Shown: positions 9,201-18,688, counted from the stretch's first letter. The stretch: 64,000 nt of DNA from Acutalibacteraceae bacterium (GCA_045606645.1 JAZUSK010000035.1:15745-79744), one strand, 5' to 3'. Numbers and translations: made by a program. The notes: generated by a model from the sequence alone, not told the origin.

Positions 9201-9959
9201 TCAGGTGTTAATGAGTTTCAAATTTCTTTTTCTTATTTCATCGGCTAAAATACGCACGTCATCTTGGGTGGTGAAGCCGTCTGTAACGGTGTAGTCCATA
9301 CCCAGTTTGTCATACTTTTCTTTGCCGAATTCGTGATAGGTAAGTATCTCAAACGAGACGTTTTCGCCGTTGCCTTCTTCTTGCAATTGAGAGAAAAACT
9401 CACCGAATCCAAGAGCGTTTTCTTCATCGCAATTAAAGTAGTGAATCAAAGGTATTCTTACTAATAAGGGTTTTCCCGTCCTTGCGCGTAAAAGAAGATT
9501 TTTCTTGATAACTTCAATATCTGCACCGAGAAATTCAACTGCTTTTTCGGGGAATGGTGTTTTAAAATCGGCTATCATATAATCTACGCTTTCAAAGATT
9601 TCCTCGCACCCTGGAAGAGATGCATTGGTCTCTATACAGGTGTTGATGCCATTGCTTTTAAACTCGTTTATAAGCTTCAAAACAGCATCCTTCTGACAAG
9701 TAACCTCGCCGCCGGTAAAGGTGACACCGCCGCCGTCGATAAATATCATACGGGCAGAAAGAACTTCTTTGATTATATCGTCAAGAAATATTTTCTGCGT
9801 ATCATCAGTAACGGCAAGACCTTCGGGATTGGAGCACCAGGGACACTTAAGATTGCAACCTGCAAGGTGGTATACAAGACGGTTACCGGGCCCGTCCTGA
9901 GAGTAATTAAAACCCTTCTGGAATATGTAAATACTATCCGCCACCTTTGTGCTCACCAC
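9201..9959 (-). CDS. Glycyl-radical enzyme activating protein (radical SAM)
   Basis: 252 aa. CNLKCPWC (CxxxCxxC) at about 9834-9860. DGPGNR and TFTGGE motifs. The start is uncertain: GTG at 9959, 9956 or 9944. Confidence 0.85.
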   Translation of the reverse strand: MVSTKVADSIYIFQKGFNYSQDGPGNRLVYHLAGCNLKCPWCSNPEGLAVTDDTQKIFLDDIIKEVLSARMIFIDGGGVTFTGGEVTCQKDAVLKLINEFKSNGINTCIETNASLPGCEEIFESVDYMIADFKTPFPEKAVEFLGADIEVIKKNLLLRARTGKPLLVRIPLIHYFNCDEENALGFGEFFSQLQEEGNGENVSFEILTYHEFGKEKYDKLGMDYTVTDGFTTQDDVRILADEIRKRNLKLINT

Positions 9960-10039
9960 CCTTAATTATAATTAATTACATAATTATACCACTATACATT
10001 TTATTTTTCAATCAAGAATGAGGAATTCCTGACTCCTAA

Positions 10040-10067
10040 TTGTTTTTCTAAGAATCTGTGATATAAT
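10040..10067 (+). promoter_or_regulatory. Candidate sigma-A promoter with extended -10
   Basis: TTGTTT, spacer, then TGATATAAT (TG at 10059-10060, TATAAT at 10062-10067), upstream of the GDPD gene. Confidence 0.35.
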
Positions 10068-10097
10068 TGTTGTAGCAAATTGGTTCGGAGTGATGAT

Positions 10098-10931
10098 ATG
10101 TCATTTAATTTATTTGAAAAAGCGAAGGAAAATATAATCGTTGTGGCGCACAGAGGTGCGTGCGGCGGTAATATTCCTTGCAATACGCTTACTGCTTATG
10201 AGATTGCTCTTAAGCAGGGGGCAGATATGATAGAGGTGGACGTAAGCAAGAGTAAGGATGATAAGCTCTTTATTTTTCATCCCGGTATGGAGGAAGATCA
10301 CTTCAATAAGAAAATGAACTTCAAGAAGATGAAGTTTGAGAATATTGCCAAAAAGCGATACGTCAATTTTGATAATTCCGTTACTCAGTTCGGTGTGCCG
10401 ACTTTTGACGATTTTCTTGAGCAGTTCAAGGATAGATGCTTTATAAATATTGACAAATTCTGGGATAACCCGAAGATGATTTATGAGGCTATAAAGAAGC
10501 ATAATATGATGGATCAGGTTCTTGTTAAGAGTAAGCTTTCTCCCAAGATAATTGAGACAGTTGAAGATTTCTGTCCCGACGTTGCATTTATGCCTATTGT
10601 AAGAGATGCTCATCCTTACCACGGGGAGCTTATGCGCCGTAATATAAACTATATCGGTGCGGAGGTGCTTTTTGAAAAGGACGATTCATATATGGCATCG
10701 CCCGAATTTATAGATATGATGCACCGTGACGGTAAGCTGGTATGGGTAAATTCCATTATCTATGATTACAAGGAACAGTTGTCGGGAGGACACAGCGACG
10801 ATACCGCATTTACCGTATCGGAGGATTACGGATGGGGCTGGCTCGCCGATAAAGGGTACGATATGATACAAACCGACTGGGCTTTGATGCTTATAAATTA
10901 TCTTAAAGAAAGCGGCAAGTATTATAAATAA
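10098..10931 (+). CDS. Glycerophosphodiester phosphodiesterase (GDPD) family protein
   Basis: VVAHRGACGGNIPCNTLTAYEIALKQGADMIEVDV is the GDPD signature. ATG at 10098 is preferred over the upstream TTG at 10080. Confidence 0.8.
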   Translation: MSFNLFEKAKENIIVVAHRGACGGNIPCNTLTAYEIALKQGADMIEVDVSKSKDDKLFIFHPGMEEDHFNKKMNFKKMKFENIAKKRYVNFDNSVTQFGVPTFDDFLEQFKDRCFINIDKFWDNPKMIYEAIKKHNMMDQVLVKSKLSPKIIETVEDFCPDVAFMPIVRDAHPYHGELMRRNINYIGAEVLFEKDDSYMASPEFIDMMHRDGKLVWVNSIIYDYKEQLSGGHSDDTAFTVSEDYGWGWLADKGYDMIQTDWALMLINYLKESGKYYK

Positions 10932-11017
10932 TCAGATTCGTTAAAATTCACTAAAATTCCACGGAATTTTCTCTCTAAAAATTACGCTTTTTAAGTGACA
11001 AAAACCGCCTCGTTCTA

Positions 11018-11047
11018 TTGACAGTAACGGGGCGGTTATGATATTAT
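11018..11047 (+). promoter_or_regulatory. Candidate pyr operon promoter
   Basis: TTGACA (11018-11023), 18-nt spacer, TATTAT (11042-11047). Confidence 0.4.
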
Positions 11048-11054
11048 TATTAAG

Positions 11055-11090
11055 GTCTTTAAGTCGGTACAGAGAGATCGGCAAGATTGA
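11055..11090 (+). promoter_or_regulatory. PyrR-binding-loop-like RNA element in the pyr leader
   Basis: CUUUAAGUCGGUACAGAGAGAUCGGCAAGAUUGA resembles the PyrR binding consensus (CUUUAA ... UCCAGAGAGG ... AAG). It lies upstream of a terminator and of pyrC. Confidence 0.55.
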
Positions 11091-11140
11091 ATGTTAAATA
11101 TGTTAGGTGCGTTTTGTCGCGCCGATGTTTTTGTGTATTC

Positions 11141-11170
11141 AGCCTTGCCACGTGCAGGGCTTATTTTTTT
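11141..11170 (+). terminator. Attenuator terminator in the pyr leader
   Basis: AGCCTTGC-CACGT-GCAGGGCT hairpin followed by TATTTTTTT, 27 nt before the pyrC ATG. Confidence 0.6.
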
Positions 11171-11196
11171 GTGAATTTGTTAGGACGGTATCATTT

Positions 11197-12426
11197 ATGT
11201 TTAATCAACTCAAAGCAAAAATTACAGACGTTACTGTAAGCGCCGTGGGTCAGAAAACCTTTTATGACGGCGTTGCAGCCCATTTATCCTCTGATGATAC
11301 TATTTCTGTTTTCAATTCTGATAAATATATTGTTTTTCCCGGTTTTTGCGATGTGCATGTGCATTTTCGTGAGCCGGGTTTTTCTTATAAAGAGACTATT
11401 GAATCGGGATGTAAGGCATCCGCAAGAGGTGGCTATACCGCCGTATGCACGATGCCTAATCTTAACCCCGTGCCCGACTGTGCGGAGCATCTTAAGATGC
11501 AGACAGATTTAATCAAGTGCGATGCTTCCATTAACGTTTATCCTTACGCATCTATTACGGTAGGGCAGAAGGGCGAGGAGCTGTCTGATATGGAAGCTAT
11601 GGCAAAGGATGCTTTCGCTTTCTCTGATGACGGCAAGGGTGTGCAGGACGACAATATGATGAGAGAAGCGATGCTTAAAGCAAAGTCTCTCGGTAAGATG
11701 ATAGTAGCCCATTGCGAAGACAACTCGCTCCTCTTCGGCGGATATATCCACGACGGTAAGTACGCAAAGGAGCACGGTCATAAGGGTATATGCAGCGAAA
11801 GCGAATGGAAGCCCATCGCGAGAGATATTGAGCTTGTGAAGGAAACGGGCTGCAGCTATCACGTTTGTCACATCTCCACAAAGGAGAGCGTGGATATCAT
11901 AAGAAAAGCAAAGGCAGAGGGTGTGGACATCACCTGCGAGACCGGTCCCCACTATCTGGTGCTTGACGAAAACGATCTCGAGGAAAGCGGTTCGTTCAAG
12001 ATGAATCCGCCCCTTCGCTCCGAGGAAGACAGACTTGCTCTCATAGAGGGCATCAAGGACGGCACAATCGATATGATTGCTACCGACCACGCGCCTCATT
12101 CAAAGGAGGAGAAGAGCAAGGGTCTTGCAGGTAGTGCATTCGGCATAGTAGGTATCGAAACCGCATTCCCAATAATGTACACTAATCTCGTTAAGACGGG
12201 TATAATCACTCTCGAAAAATTAATCGAGCTTATGGCTATAAATCCCCGTAAGAGATTTAATATCCCCCTTGGTACTGATTACACAGTATGGGATTTAGAA
12301 AAGAACTACACAGTAAACTCCGACGATTTCCTCTCTAAAGGAAAGGCAACGCCCTTTGAGGGTATGCCCGTGTCGGGTGAGTGTGTGCTCACGGTTTGCG
12401 ACGGTAAGGTTGTTTACAGAAAATAA
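11197..12426 (+). CDS. pyrC: Dihydroorotase
   Basis: DVHVHFREPG, MPN, and ATDHAPH motifs. ATG at 11197 (MFNQLKAK...) is preferred to the upstream GTG at 11107, which lies inside the attenuator. Confidence 0.9.
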   Translation: MFNQLKAKITDVTVSAVGQKTFYDGVAAHLSSDDTISVFNSDKYIVFPGFCDVHVHFREPGFSYKETIESGCKASARGGYTAVCTMPNLNPVPDCAEHLKMQTDLIKCDASINVYPYASITVGQKGEELSDMEAMAKDAFAFSDDGKGVQDDNMMREAMLKAKSLGKMIVAHCEDNSLLFGGYIHDGKYAKEHGHKGICSESEWKPIARDIELVKETGCSYHVCHISTKESVDIIRKAKAEGVDITCETGPHYLVLDENDLEESGSFKMNPPLRSEEDRLALIEGIKDGTIDMIATDHAPHSKEEKSKGLAGSAFGIVGIETAFPIMYTNLVKTGIITLEKLIELMAINPRKRFNIPLGTDYTVWDLEKNYTVNSDDFLSKGKATPFEGMPVSGECVLTVCDGKVVYRK

Positions 12427-12467
12427 GTTTATAATTCACATTGACATAAATTCAGGAGGTTTCTCGT

Positions 12468-15400
12468 ATGGCAAAGAGAACAGACATTAAGAAAGTTTTG
12501 ATCATCGGTTCAGGTCCTATCGTTATCGGTCAGGCGGCTGAGTTCGACTACGCAGGCACTCAGGCTTGTCTTGCACTTAAGGAAGAGGGCTACGAGGTTA
12601 TCCTCGCAAACTCCAATCCCGCTACAATTATGACAGATACATCTATTGCAGATAAGGTTTATATGGAGCCCCTTACCTTGGAATACGTAGCAAAGATTCT
12701 CAGATATGAGCGTCCCGACGCTATCGTTCCCGGTATCGGCGGACAGACAGGTCTTAATCTTGCTATGCAGCTTGAGAAGAAGGGTATTCTTAAGGAGTGT
12801 GGCGTAGAGCTTCTCGGTACAAGCAGTGAGAGTATTGAGCGCGCTGAGGACCGCGAGCTCTTCAAGGAGCTTTGCCAGTCTATCGGTGAGCCTACAATTC
12901 CTTCAGAAATCACATATAGCCTTGAGGAAGCTCTCGAGGCGGCTGAGCGCATCGGTTATCCCATCGTTGTACGTCCCGCATTTACTCTCGGCGGTACAGG
13001 CGGCGGCTTTGCGGCTAACAGAGAAGAGCTTATCGAAATCGGTACAAACGCTTTCAAGCTTTCTCCCGTTCATCAGGCTCTTATTGAAAAGAGCGTTAAG
13101 GGCTATAAGGAAATCGAGTTCGAGGTTATGCGCGACTCTAATGATCACGCTATCACAATCTGCGGTATGGAAAATATCGACCCCGTAGGTGTTCATACAG
13201 GTGACTCTCTTGTTGTGGCTCCTATTCTTACACTTAACGATCACGATCTCAAGATGCTCAATGATTCTGCTATCAAGATCATCCGTGAGCTTAAGATCGA
13301 AGGCGGTTGTAACGTTCAGTTTGCCCTTAATCCCGAGACAAGCGAGTATTTCCTTATCGAGGTTAATCCCCGTGTATCACGTTCATCTGCTCTCGCTTCT
13401 AAGGCAAGCGGCTATCCTATCGCAAGAGTAACAGCTAAGATTGCCGTAGGTATGGCTCTTGAGGACATTAGTATAGCAAACACAACAGCGGCTTTCGAGC
13501 CTCGTCTCGACTATATCGTTGCTAAGCTTCCTCGTTTCCCCTTCGATAAATTTGCATCTGCTGCAAATACTCTCGGCACTCAGATGAAAGCTACCGGTGA
13601 GGTTATGGGTATCGGTTCAAATCTCGAGGAATGTCTTCTTAAGTCAGTTCGTTCTCTTGAAACGGGCGCATATCACTTCTGGCTTCCAAAGTTTGACAAT
13701 ATGACAGAGGATGAGCTTGTTGCTTATCTCGACGAGTTTAAGGATGATACGGTTTTCTGTGTAACAGAGCTTATCCGTCGCGGTATGTCTCTTGACAAGC
13801 TTCACGATATTACTAAGATTACAACCTATTTCCTTGAAGCATTTAAGAGAATAGTTGATATGGAGAAGAAACTCGCATCCAATAAGGGCGATAAGGCGGT
13901 TCTTCTCGAGGCTAAGAAGATGGGCTTCGGTGATAAATTCATCGCTAAGCTCTGGTGTGTACAGGAAATCGAGATCTACAACACTCGTAAAGCGGAGAAT
14001 ATGTTCCCCGTATTCCGTATGGTGGATACTTGCCACACAAATGCATACATCCCTTACTTCTATTCATCATACACCGATAAGAACGATTCTATCCTTACGG
14101 ATAAGAAGAAAATCGTAGTTATCGGTGCAGGTCCCATCCGTATCGGTCAGGGTGTTGAGTTCGACTATTCAACAGTTCATGCCGTTACTACAATTAAAAA
14201 TTCCGGTTACGAGGCTATTATTATCAACAATAACCCCGAAACCGTTTCCACAGACTACACAACAGCAGATAAGCTTTACTTCGAGCCTCTTACTCCCGAA
14301 GATGTTATGAACATCATAGAGTTTGAAAAGCCTGATGGTGTTATCACTTCTCTCGGCGGTCAGACTGCTATTAACCTTGCAGAGCCTCTTATGCAGAGAG
14401 GTGTCAAGATTATCGGTACAGATTGCGATGCTATTGACCGCGCAGAGAACAGAGACCGCTTTGAGAAGATTCTCAGAAGCCTTGAGATTCCTCAGCCCAA
14501 GGGTAGAGCTGTTACAAAGATCGAGGACGGCATAAATGCCGCTGCTGAAATCGGCTATCCTGTTCTTGTTCGTCCCAGCTTCGTTCTCGGTGGCAGAGCA
14601 ATGCAGATCGTTGCTAACGAGGAGCAGTTAAGACATTATCTTAAGACTGCTGTTGAAATCGACGAGGACAAGCCGGTTCTTGTTGACAAGTATATCCAGG
14701 GTAAAGAGGTTGAGGTTGACGCCATTTGCGACGGCAGAGACGTATTTATCCCCGGTATTATGGAGCTCGTTGAAAAGACAGGCGTTCACTCAGGTGACTC
14801 CATAAGCGTATACCCCTCATTCAGTATTTCTGACAAGGTTAAGGGAATTATCCTTCAGTATGCTAAGAAGTTAGGTCTCGGTATCGGTATTATCGGTCTT
14901 TACAATATTCAGTTTATTGTTGACGAGAAGGACGACGTATATATCATCGAGGTTAATCCCCGCTCATCAAGAACAGTTCCCTTCCTTTCAAAGGCTACCG
15001 GCTACTCTCTCGCAGATATTGCTACAGAGGTTATTATGGGTAAATCTCTCAAGGAGCAGGGTATATTTGATATCTATCCTCAGGAGAAGAATCGTTGGTA
15101 CGTAAAGGTGCCCGTATTCTCATTCAATAAGATTCGCGGTCTTGACGCTTACCTTTCTCCCGAAATGAAGTCTACAGGTGAAGCAATCGGTTACGATAAC
15201 AAGCTTAACCGTGCTCTCTACAAGGCGCTTCAGGCATCAGGCATGCACCTTCAGAATTATGGTACTGTATTAGCAACCATTGCCGATAAGGATAAGGAAG
15301 AAGCTCTTCCTCTTATCAGAAGATTCTATAACCTTGGCTTTAATATTCAGGCTACAGAGGGTACAGCAAAGTTCCTTAAGGAGAACGGCATCCGTACACA

Positions 15401-15641
15401 CGCTCTCGGAAAGATCAGTGACGGTAGCGAGGAGATTCCCGAGGCACTCCGTCAGGGTCACATTGCTTACGTTATCAATACTAAGGATATCAGCTCTACG
15501 GGCTCCGCTAACGACGGTCTTGAAATCCGCAGATATGCTATCGAGAACAACGTAAATATTTTCACAGCTCTTGATACAGTTCGAGTTCTTCTCGATGCTC
15601 TCGAAGAGTCAACAATTACAATTTCAACAATAGATGCTTGA
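12468..15641 (+). CDS. carB: Carbamoyl-phosphate synthase large subunit
   Basis: 1057 aa. Duplicated ATP-grasp halves. N-terminus MAKRTDIKKVLIIGSGPIVIGQAAEFDYAGTQA. AGGAGG RBS. Confidence 0.95.
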   Translation: MAKRTDIKKVLIIGSGPIVIGQAAEFDYAGTQACLALKEEGYEVILANSNPATIMTDTSIADKVYMEPLTLEYVAKILRYERPDAIVPGIGGQTGLNLAMQLEKKGILKECGVELLGTSSESIERAEDRELFKELCQSIGEPTIPSEITYSLEEALEAAERIGYPIVVRPAFTLGGTGGGFAANREELIEIGTNAFKLSPVHQALIEKSVKGYKEIEFEVMRDSNDHAITICGMENIDPVGVHTGDSLVVAPILTLNDHDLKMLNDSAIKIIRELKIEGGCNVQFALNPETSEYFLIEVNPRVSRSSALASKASGYPIARVTAKIAVGMALEDISIANTTAAFEPRLDYIVAKLPRFPFDKFASAANTLGTQMKATGEVMGIGSNLEECLLKSVRSLETGAYHFWLPKFDNMTEDELVAYLDEFKDDTVFCVTELIRRGMSLDKLHDITKITTYFLEAFKRIVDMEKKLASNKGDKAVLLEAKKMGFGDKFIAKLWCVQEIEIYNTRKAENMFPVFRMVDTCHTNAYIPYFYSSYTDKNDSILTDKKKIVVIGAGPIRIGQGVEFDYSTVHAVTTIKNSGYEAIIINNNPETVSTDYTTADKLYFEPLTPEDVMNIIEFEKPDGVITSLGGQTAINLAEPLMQRGVKIIGTDCDAIDRAENRDRFEKILRSLEIPQPKGRAVTKIEDGINAAAEIGYPVLVRPSFVLGGRAMQIVANEEQLRHYLKTAVEIDEDKPVLVDKYIQGKEVEVDAICDGRDVFIPGIMELVEKTGVHSGDSISVYPSFSISDKVKGIILQYAKKLGLGIGIIGLYNIQFIVDEKDDVYIIEVNPRSSRTVPFLSKATGYSLADIATEVIMGKSLKEQGIFDIYPQEKNRWYVKVPVFSFNKIRGLDAYLSPEMKSTGEAIGYDNKLNRALYKALQASGMHLQNYGTVLATIADKDKEEALPLIRRFYNLGFNIQATEGTAKFLKENGIRTHALGKISDGSEEIPEALRQGHIAYVINTKDISSTGSANDGLEIRRYAIENNVNIFTALDTVRVLLDALEESTITISTIDA

Positions 15642-15650
15642 GGTTGATTT

Positions 15651-16385
15651 ATGAAACAGTTAATTTTTAAAATCAAAGAAAACGTGCAGCTGACAGACAC
15701 GGTTTACAAGATGCTTCTTGAGGGTGATACCTCGGACATCCGTTGCGGTCAGTTTGTGAATATTCAGTTAGATGGACTCTACCTTCGCAGACCTATTTCA
15801 GTCTGCGATTGTGAGGGTGACATCCTTACAATAATCTACAAGGTAGTAGGTAAGGGCACCGAGCAGATGGCACAGATGACGGCGGGAGAGGAGCTTGATG
15901 TCCTCACAGGTCTCGGCAACGGCTATGACCTTAGCCTTGCGGGAGATAAGCCCGTGCTTATCGGTGGCGGTGTAGGTGTACCTCCTATGTATATGCTCGC
16001 TAAGGAACTTGTGGCACAGGGTAAGGAAATAAAAGTTATATTAGGCTTTAATACTAAGTCCGAGATCTTCTGCGAAGAGGATTTTAAGGCTCTCGGTGCA
16101 GAGGTTACCGTTGCTACTGCCGACGGCTCTTACGGAGTTAAGGGCTTCGTTACAGATGCTCTCAAAGATATGGAGTATTCTTATTTCTATACTTGCGGTC
16201 CCGAGCCTATGCTTAAGGCTCTCTATAAGGCAACTGCCACAAGCGGACAGTTCAGCTTCGAGGAGAGAATGGGTTGCGGTTTCGGTGCATGTATGGGTTG
16301 CTCATGCAAGACTATTACGGGCTACAAGCGTATATGCAAGGAAGGGCCCGTGCTTAAGAAGGAGGAAATATTATGGGAAGATTAA
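15651..16385 (+). CDS. pyrK: Dihydroorotate dehydrogenase electron-transfer subunit
   Basis: 244 aa. FAD/NAD-binding fold plus C-terminal CGFGACMGCSC 2Fe-2S motif. Overlaps pyrD by 13 nt. Confidence 0.9.
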   Translation: MKQLIFKIKENVQLTDTVYKMLLEGDTSDIRCGQFVNIQLDGLYLRRPISVCDCEGDILTIIYKVVGKGTEQMAQMTAGEELDVLTGLGNGYDLSLAGDKPVLIGGGVGVPPMYMLAKELVAQGKEIKVILGFNTKSEIFCEEDFKALGAEVTVATADGSYGVKGFVTDALKDMEYSYFYTCGPEPMLKALYKATATSGQFSFEERMGCGFGACMGCSCKTITGYKRICKEGPVLKKEEILWED

Positions 16386-17284
16386 GCGTTGACCTCTGCG
16401 GATTAACTCTTGATAATCCGATAATTCCCGCCAGCGGAACCTTCGGCTTTGGTTATGAATTTGCAGAGCTTTATGATATAAACGTACTTGGTACCTTCTC
16501 TTTCAAGGGTACTACTAAGGATCCTCGTTTCGGTAACCCCACACCCCGTATTGCCGAGTGTACTGCAGGTATGATAAATGCCGTAGGTCTCCAAAATCCC
16601 GGTGTTGAAAAGGTTATCTCCGAGGAGTTGCCTAAGCTTAAAAAATGCTTTAACAAAAAGGTTATGGCTAACGTAAGCGGCTTTGCCGTTGAGGATTATG
16701 CCTATACCTGCGAAAAGCTTGATAAGGAAGAGCAGGTAGGTTGGCTTGAAGTAAACGTAAGCTGTCCTAACGTGCACGGTGGCGGTATGAGCTTCGGTAC
16801 AAATCCCGAGGCGGCGGCAGAGGTTACTGCGGCGGTAAAAAAGGTTACTACAAAGCCCGTAATCATCAAGCTTTCACCTAACGTAACGGATATAGTGGCT
16901 ATTGCCAAGGCTTGCGAGGAAGCAGGCGCAGACGGCATCAGCCTTATAAATACACTTCTCGGTATGAGAATCGACCTTAAGACCAAAAAGCCCGTTATCG
17001 CTAATAAGATGGGCGGCTTCTCAGGAAGCGCTATCTTCCCCGTAGCGGTGCGTATGGTTTATCAGGTTGCAAATGCAGTAAATATCCCCATAGTAGGTAT
17101 GGGCGGTGTTTCTTCTGCCGAGGACGTAATCGAATTGATGTTAGCAGGTGCTTCTGCTGTTGAAGTAGGTGCCGCTAACCTCATTAATCCTTACGCTTGT
17201 CGCGATATTATCGAGGACTTGCCGAGGGTTATGGACAAGTATGGCATTAATAATCTCAGTGATATAATAGGAGGAGCAAAATAA
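16373..17284 (+). CDS. pyrD: Dihydroorotate dehydrogenase 1B catalytic subunit
   Basis: 303 aa. NPIIPASGTFGFG, NVSCPN, and GMGGV motifs. Confidence 0.9.
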   Translation: MGRLSVDLCGLTLDNPIIPASGTFGFGYEFAELYDINVLGTFSFKGTTKDPRFGNPTPRIAECTAGMINAVGLQNPGVEKVISEELPKLKKCFNKKVMANVSGFAVEDYAYTCEKLDKEEQVGWLEVNVSCPNVHGGGMSFGTNPEAAAEVTAAVKKVTTKPVIIKLSPNVTDIVAIAKACEEAGADGISLINTLLGMRIDLKTKKPVIANKMGGFSGSAIFPVAVRMVYQVANAVNIPIVGMGGVSSAEDVIELMLAGASAVEVGAANLINPYACRDIIEDLPRVMDKYGINNLSDIIGGAK

Positions 17285-17985
17285 TGGGTAAAGACGTAAT
17301 CGTTGCTTGTGACTTTTCAAGCGCAGAAAAGGTTTTTGAGTTTCTTGATAAATTTGAGGGTGGCAGAAAGCCCTTCGTGAAGATCGGTATGGAGCTTTTC
17401 TATGCTGAAGGTCCCTCTATCGTAAAAGGTATCAAGGAGAGAGGACACAAAATTTTCCTCGACCTTAAGCTTCACGATATCCCCAACACAGTTAAGAAGG
17501 CTATGTCAGTTCTTTCTAACCTTGACGTCGATATCTGTAACCTTCACGCATCAGGTACACGCCGTATGATGGAGGCAGCTATCGAAGGTCTTACCCGTGA
17601 GGACGGCACAAGACCTCTCCTTATTGCCGTTACTCAGCTTACATCTACAGATCAGGAGAGTATGGAAGAGGATCTTCTTATCAAGGAGCCCATCGATAAG
17701 GTAGTTATGCACTATGCTCACAATGCAAAGCTTGCAGGTCTCGACGGTGTTGTTTGCTCACCTCTTGAGGCAGGTAAGGTACATGAAATCTGCGGTAGTG
17801 ACTTCCTTACAGTAACTCCCGGTGTGCGTTTCGCAGACGGCGACATCGGTGACCAGAAGAGAGTTATGACTCCCGCTCAGGCAAAGGAAATCGGCTCTGA
17901 CTACATCGTAGTAGGCAGACCCATCACAGCGGCAGAGGATCCCGTTGCAGCATACAATCGTTGCGTAGCAGAGTTTTGCGATTGA
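17284..17985 (+). CDS. pyrF: Orotidine 5-phosphate decarboxylase
   Basis: 233 aa. FLDLKLHDIPNT motif. The start overlaps the pyrD stop (TAATG). Confidence 0.9.
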   Translation: MGKDVIVACDFSSAEKVFEFLDKFEGGRKPFVKIGMELFYAEGPSIVKGIKERGHKIFLDLKLHDIPNTVKKAMSVLSNLDVDICNLHASGTRRMMEAAIEGLTREDGTRPLLIAVTQLTSTDQESMEEDLLIKEPIDKVVMHYAHNAKLAGLDGVVCSPLEAGKVHEICGSDFLTVTPGVRFADGDIGDQKRVMTPAQAKEIGSDYIVVGRPITAAEDPVAAYNRCVAEFCD

Positions 17986-18016
17986 TTAAATAAGACTAAA
18001 TACGGAGGAAAATAAA

Positions 18017-18670
18017 ATGGAAGGCTATAAAAGAGAATTTATACAGTTTTTAGAGGGTGCAGGCGTTCTTAAGTTTGGCGACTTTACAGCTAAGAGCGGC
18101 AGAAAGATTCCCTATTTCATTAACGCAGGTGACATTAAGACAGGCGAGCAGATCTGCAAGCTTGGTGAATTTTATGCTAAGGCATATTTTGAAAAGGTAG
18201 GCAACAAGAAGACAGTTCTCTACGGTCCCGCATACAAGGGTATCCCGATTGCTGTATCTGTTGCTGTTGCACTTGCTAAAAATGGTCTTGACGTGCCCTT
18301 CTTCTTCAACAGAAAGGAAGAGAAGGACCATGGTGAAGGTGGCGTTTTCGTTGGCTACAAGCCTCAGGAAGGCGAAGAGATCGTTATCGTTGAGGACGTT
18401 ATTACTGCAGGTACCGCTATCCGCGAGAGCATGGAAATCCTCTCAGGTCTTAAGGGTACAAAGGTTGCGGCTACTTTCGTTATGGTTGACCGTAAGGAAA
18501 AGGGTAAGACAGAGAAATCTGCAATGGCAGAGGTAGGCGAGGAATTCGGTTTCCCCGTATATTCTGTTGTTGACGTTTACGATATTATTGAATATCTCGA
18601 GGAAGACGAGAAGAACCGCGAAAACGTTGAGAGAATTAAAAAGTATCTTGAAGTAAACGGCGCGAAATAA
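18017..18670 (+). CDS. pyrE: Orotate phosphoribosyltransferase
   Basis: 217 aa. PRPP-binding loop VIVEDVITAGT. Confidence 0.9.
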   Translation: MEGYKREFIQFLEGAGVLKFGDFTAKSGRKIPYFINAGDIKTGEQICKLGEFYAKAYFEKVGNKKTVLYGPAYKGIPIAVSVAVALAKNGLDVPFFFNRKEEKDHGEGGVFVGYKPQEGEEIVIVEDVITAGTAIRESMEILSGLKGTKVAATFVMVDRKEKGKTEKSAMAEVGEEFGFPVYSVVDVYDIIEYLEEDEKNRENVERIKKYLEVNGAK

Positions 18671-18688
18671 TTTTAGGAAGTGAATTAA

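Noticed and set aside
10110-10622. 170-aa minus-strand ORF
   Set aside because: It is antisense to the GDPD gene. It is low-complexity and rich in Ile, Leu and Asn, which is typical of reverse-frame translation.
10996-11040. Hairpin AACCGCC...GGCGGTT as terminator of the GDPD gene
   Set aside because: The stem is short with a large loop, no U-tract follows, and it overlaps the likely pyr promoter. It is not reported as a feature.
11509-12099. 196-aa minus-strand ORF
   Set aside because: It is antisense to pyrC, which has clear dihydroorotase motifs. It is a shadow ORF.
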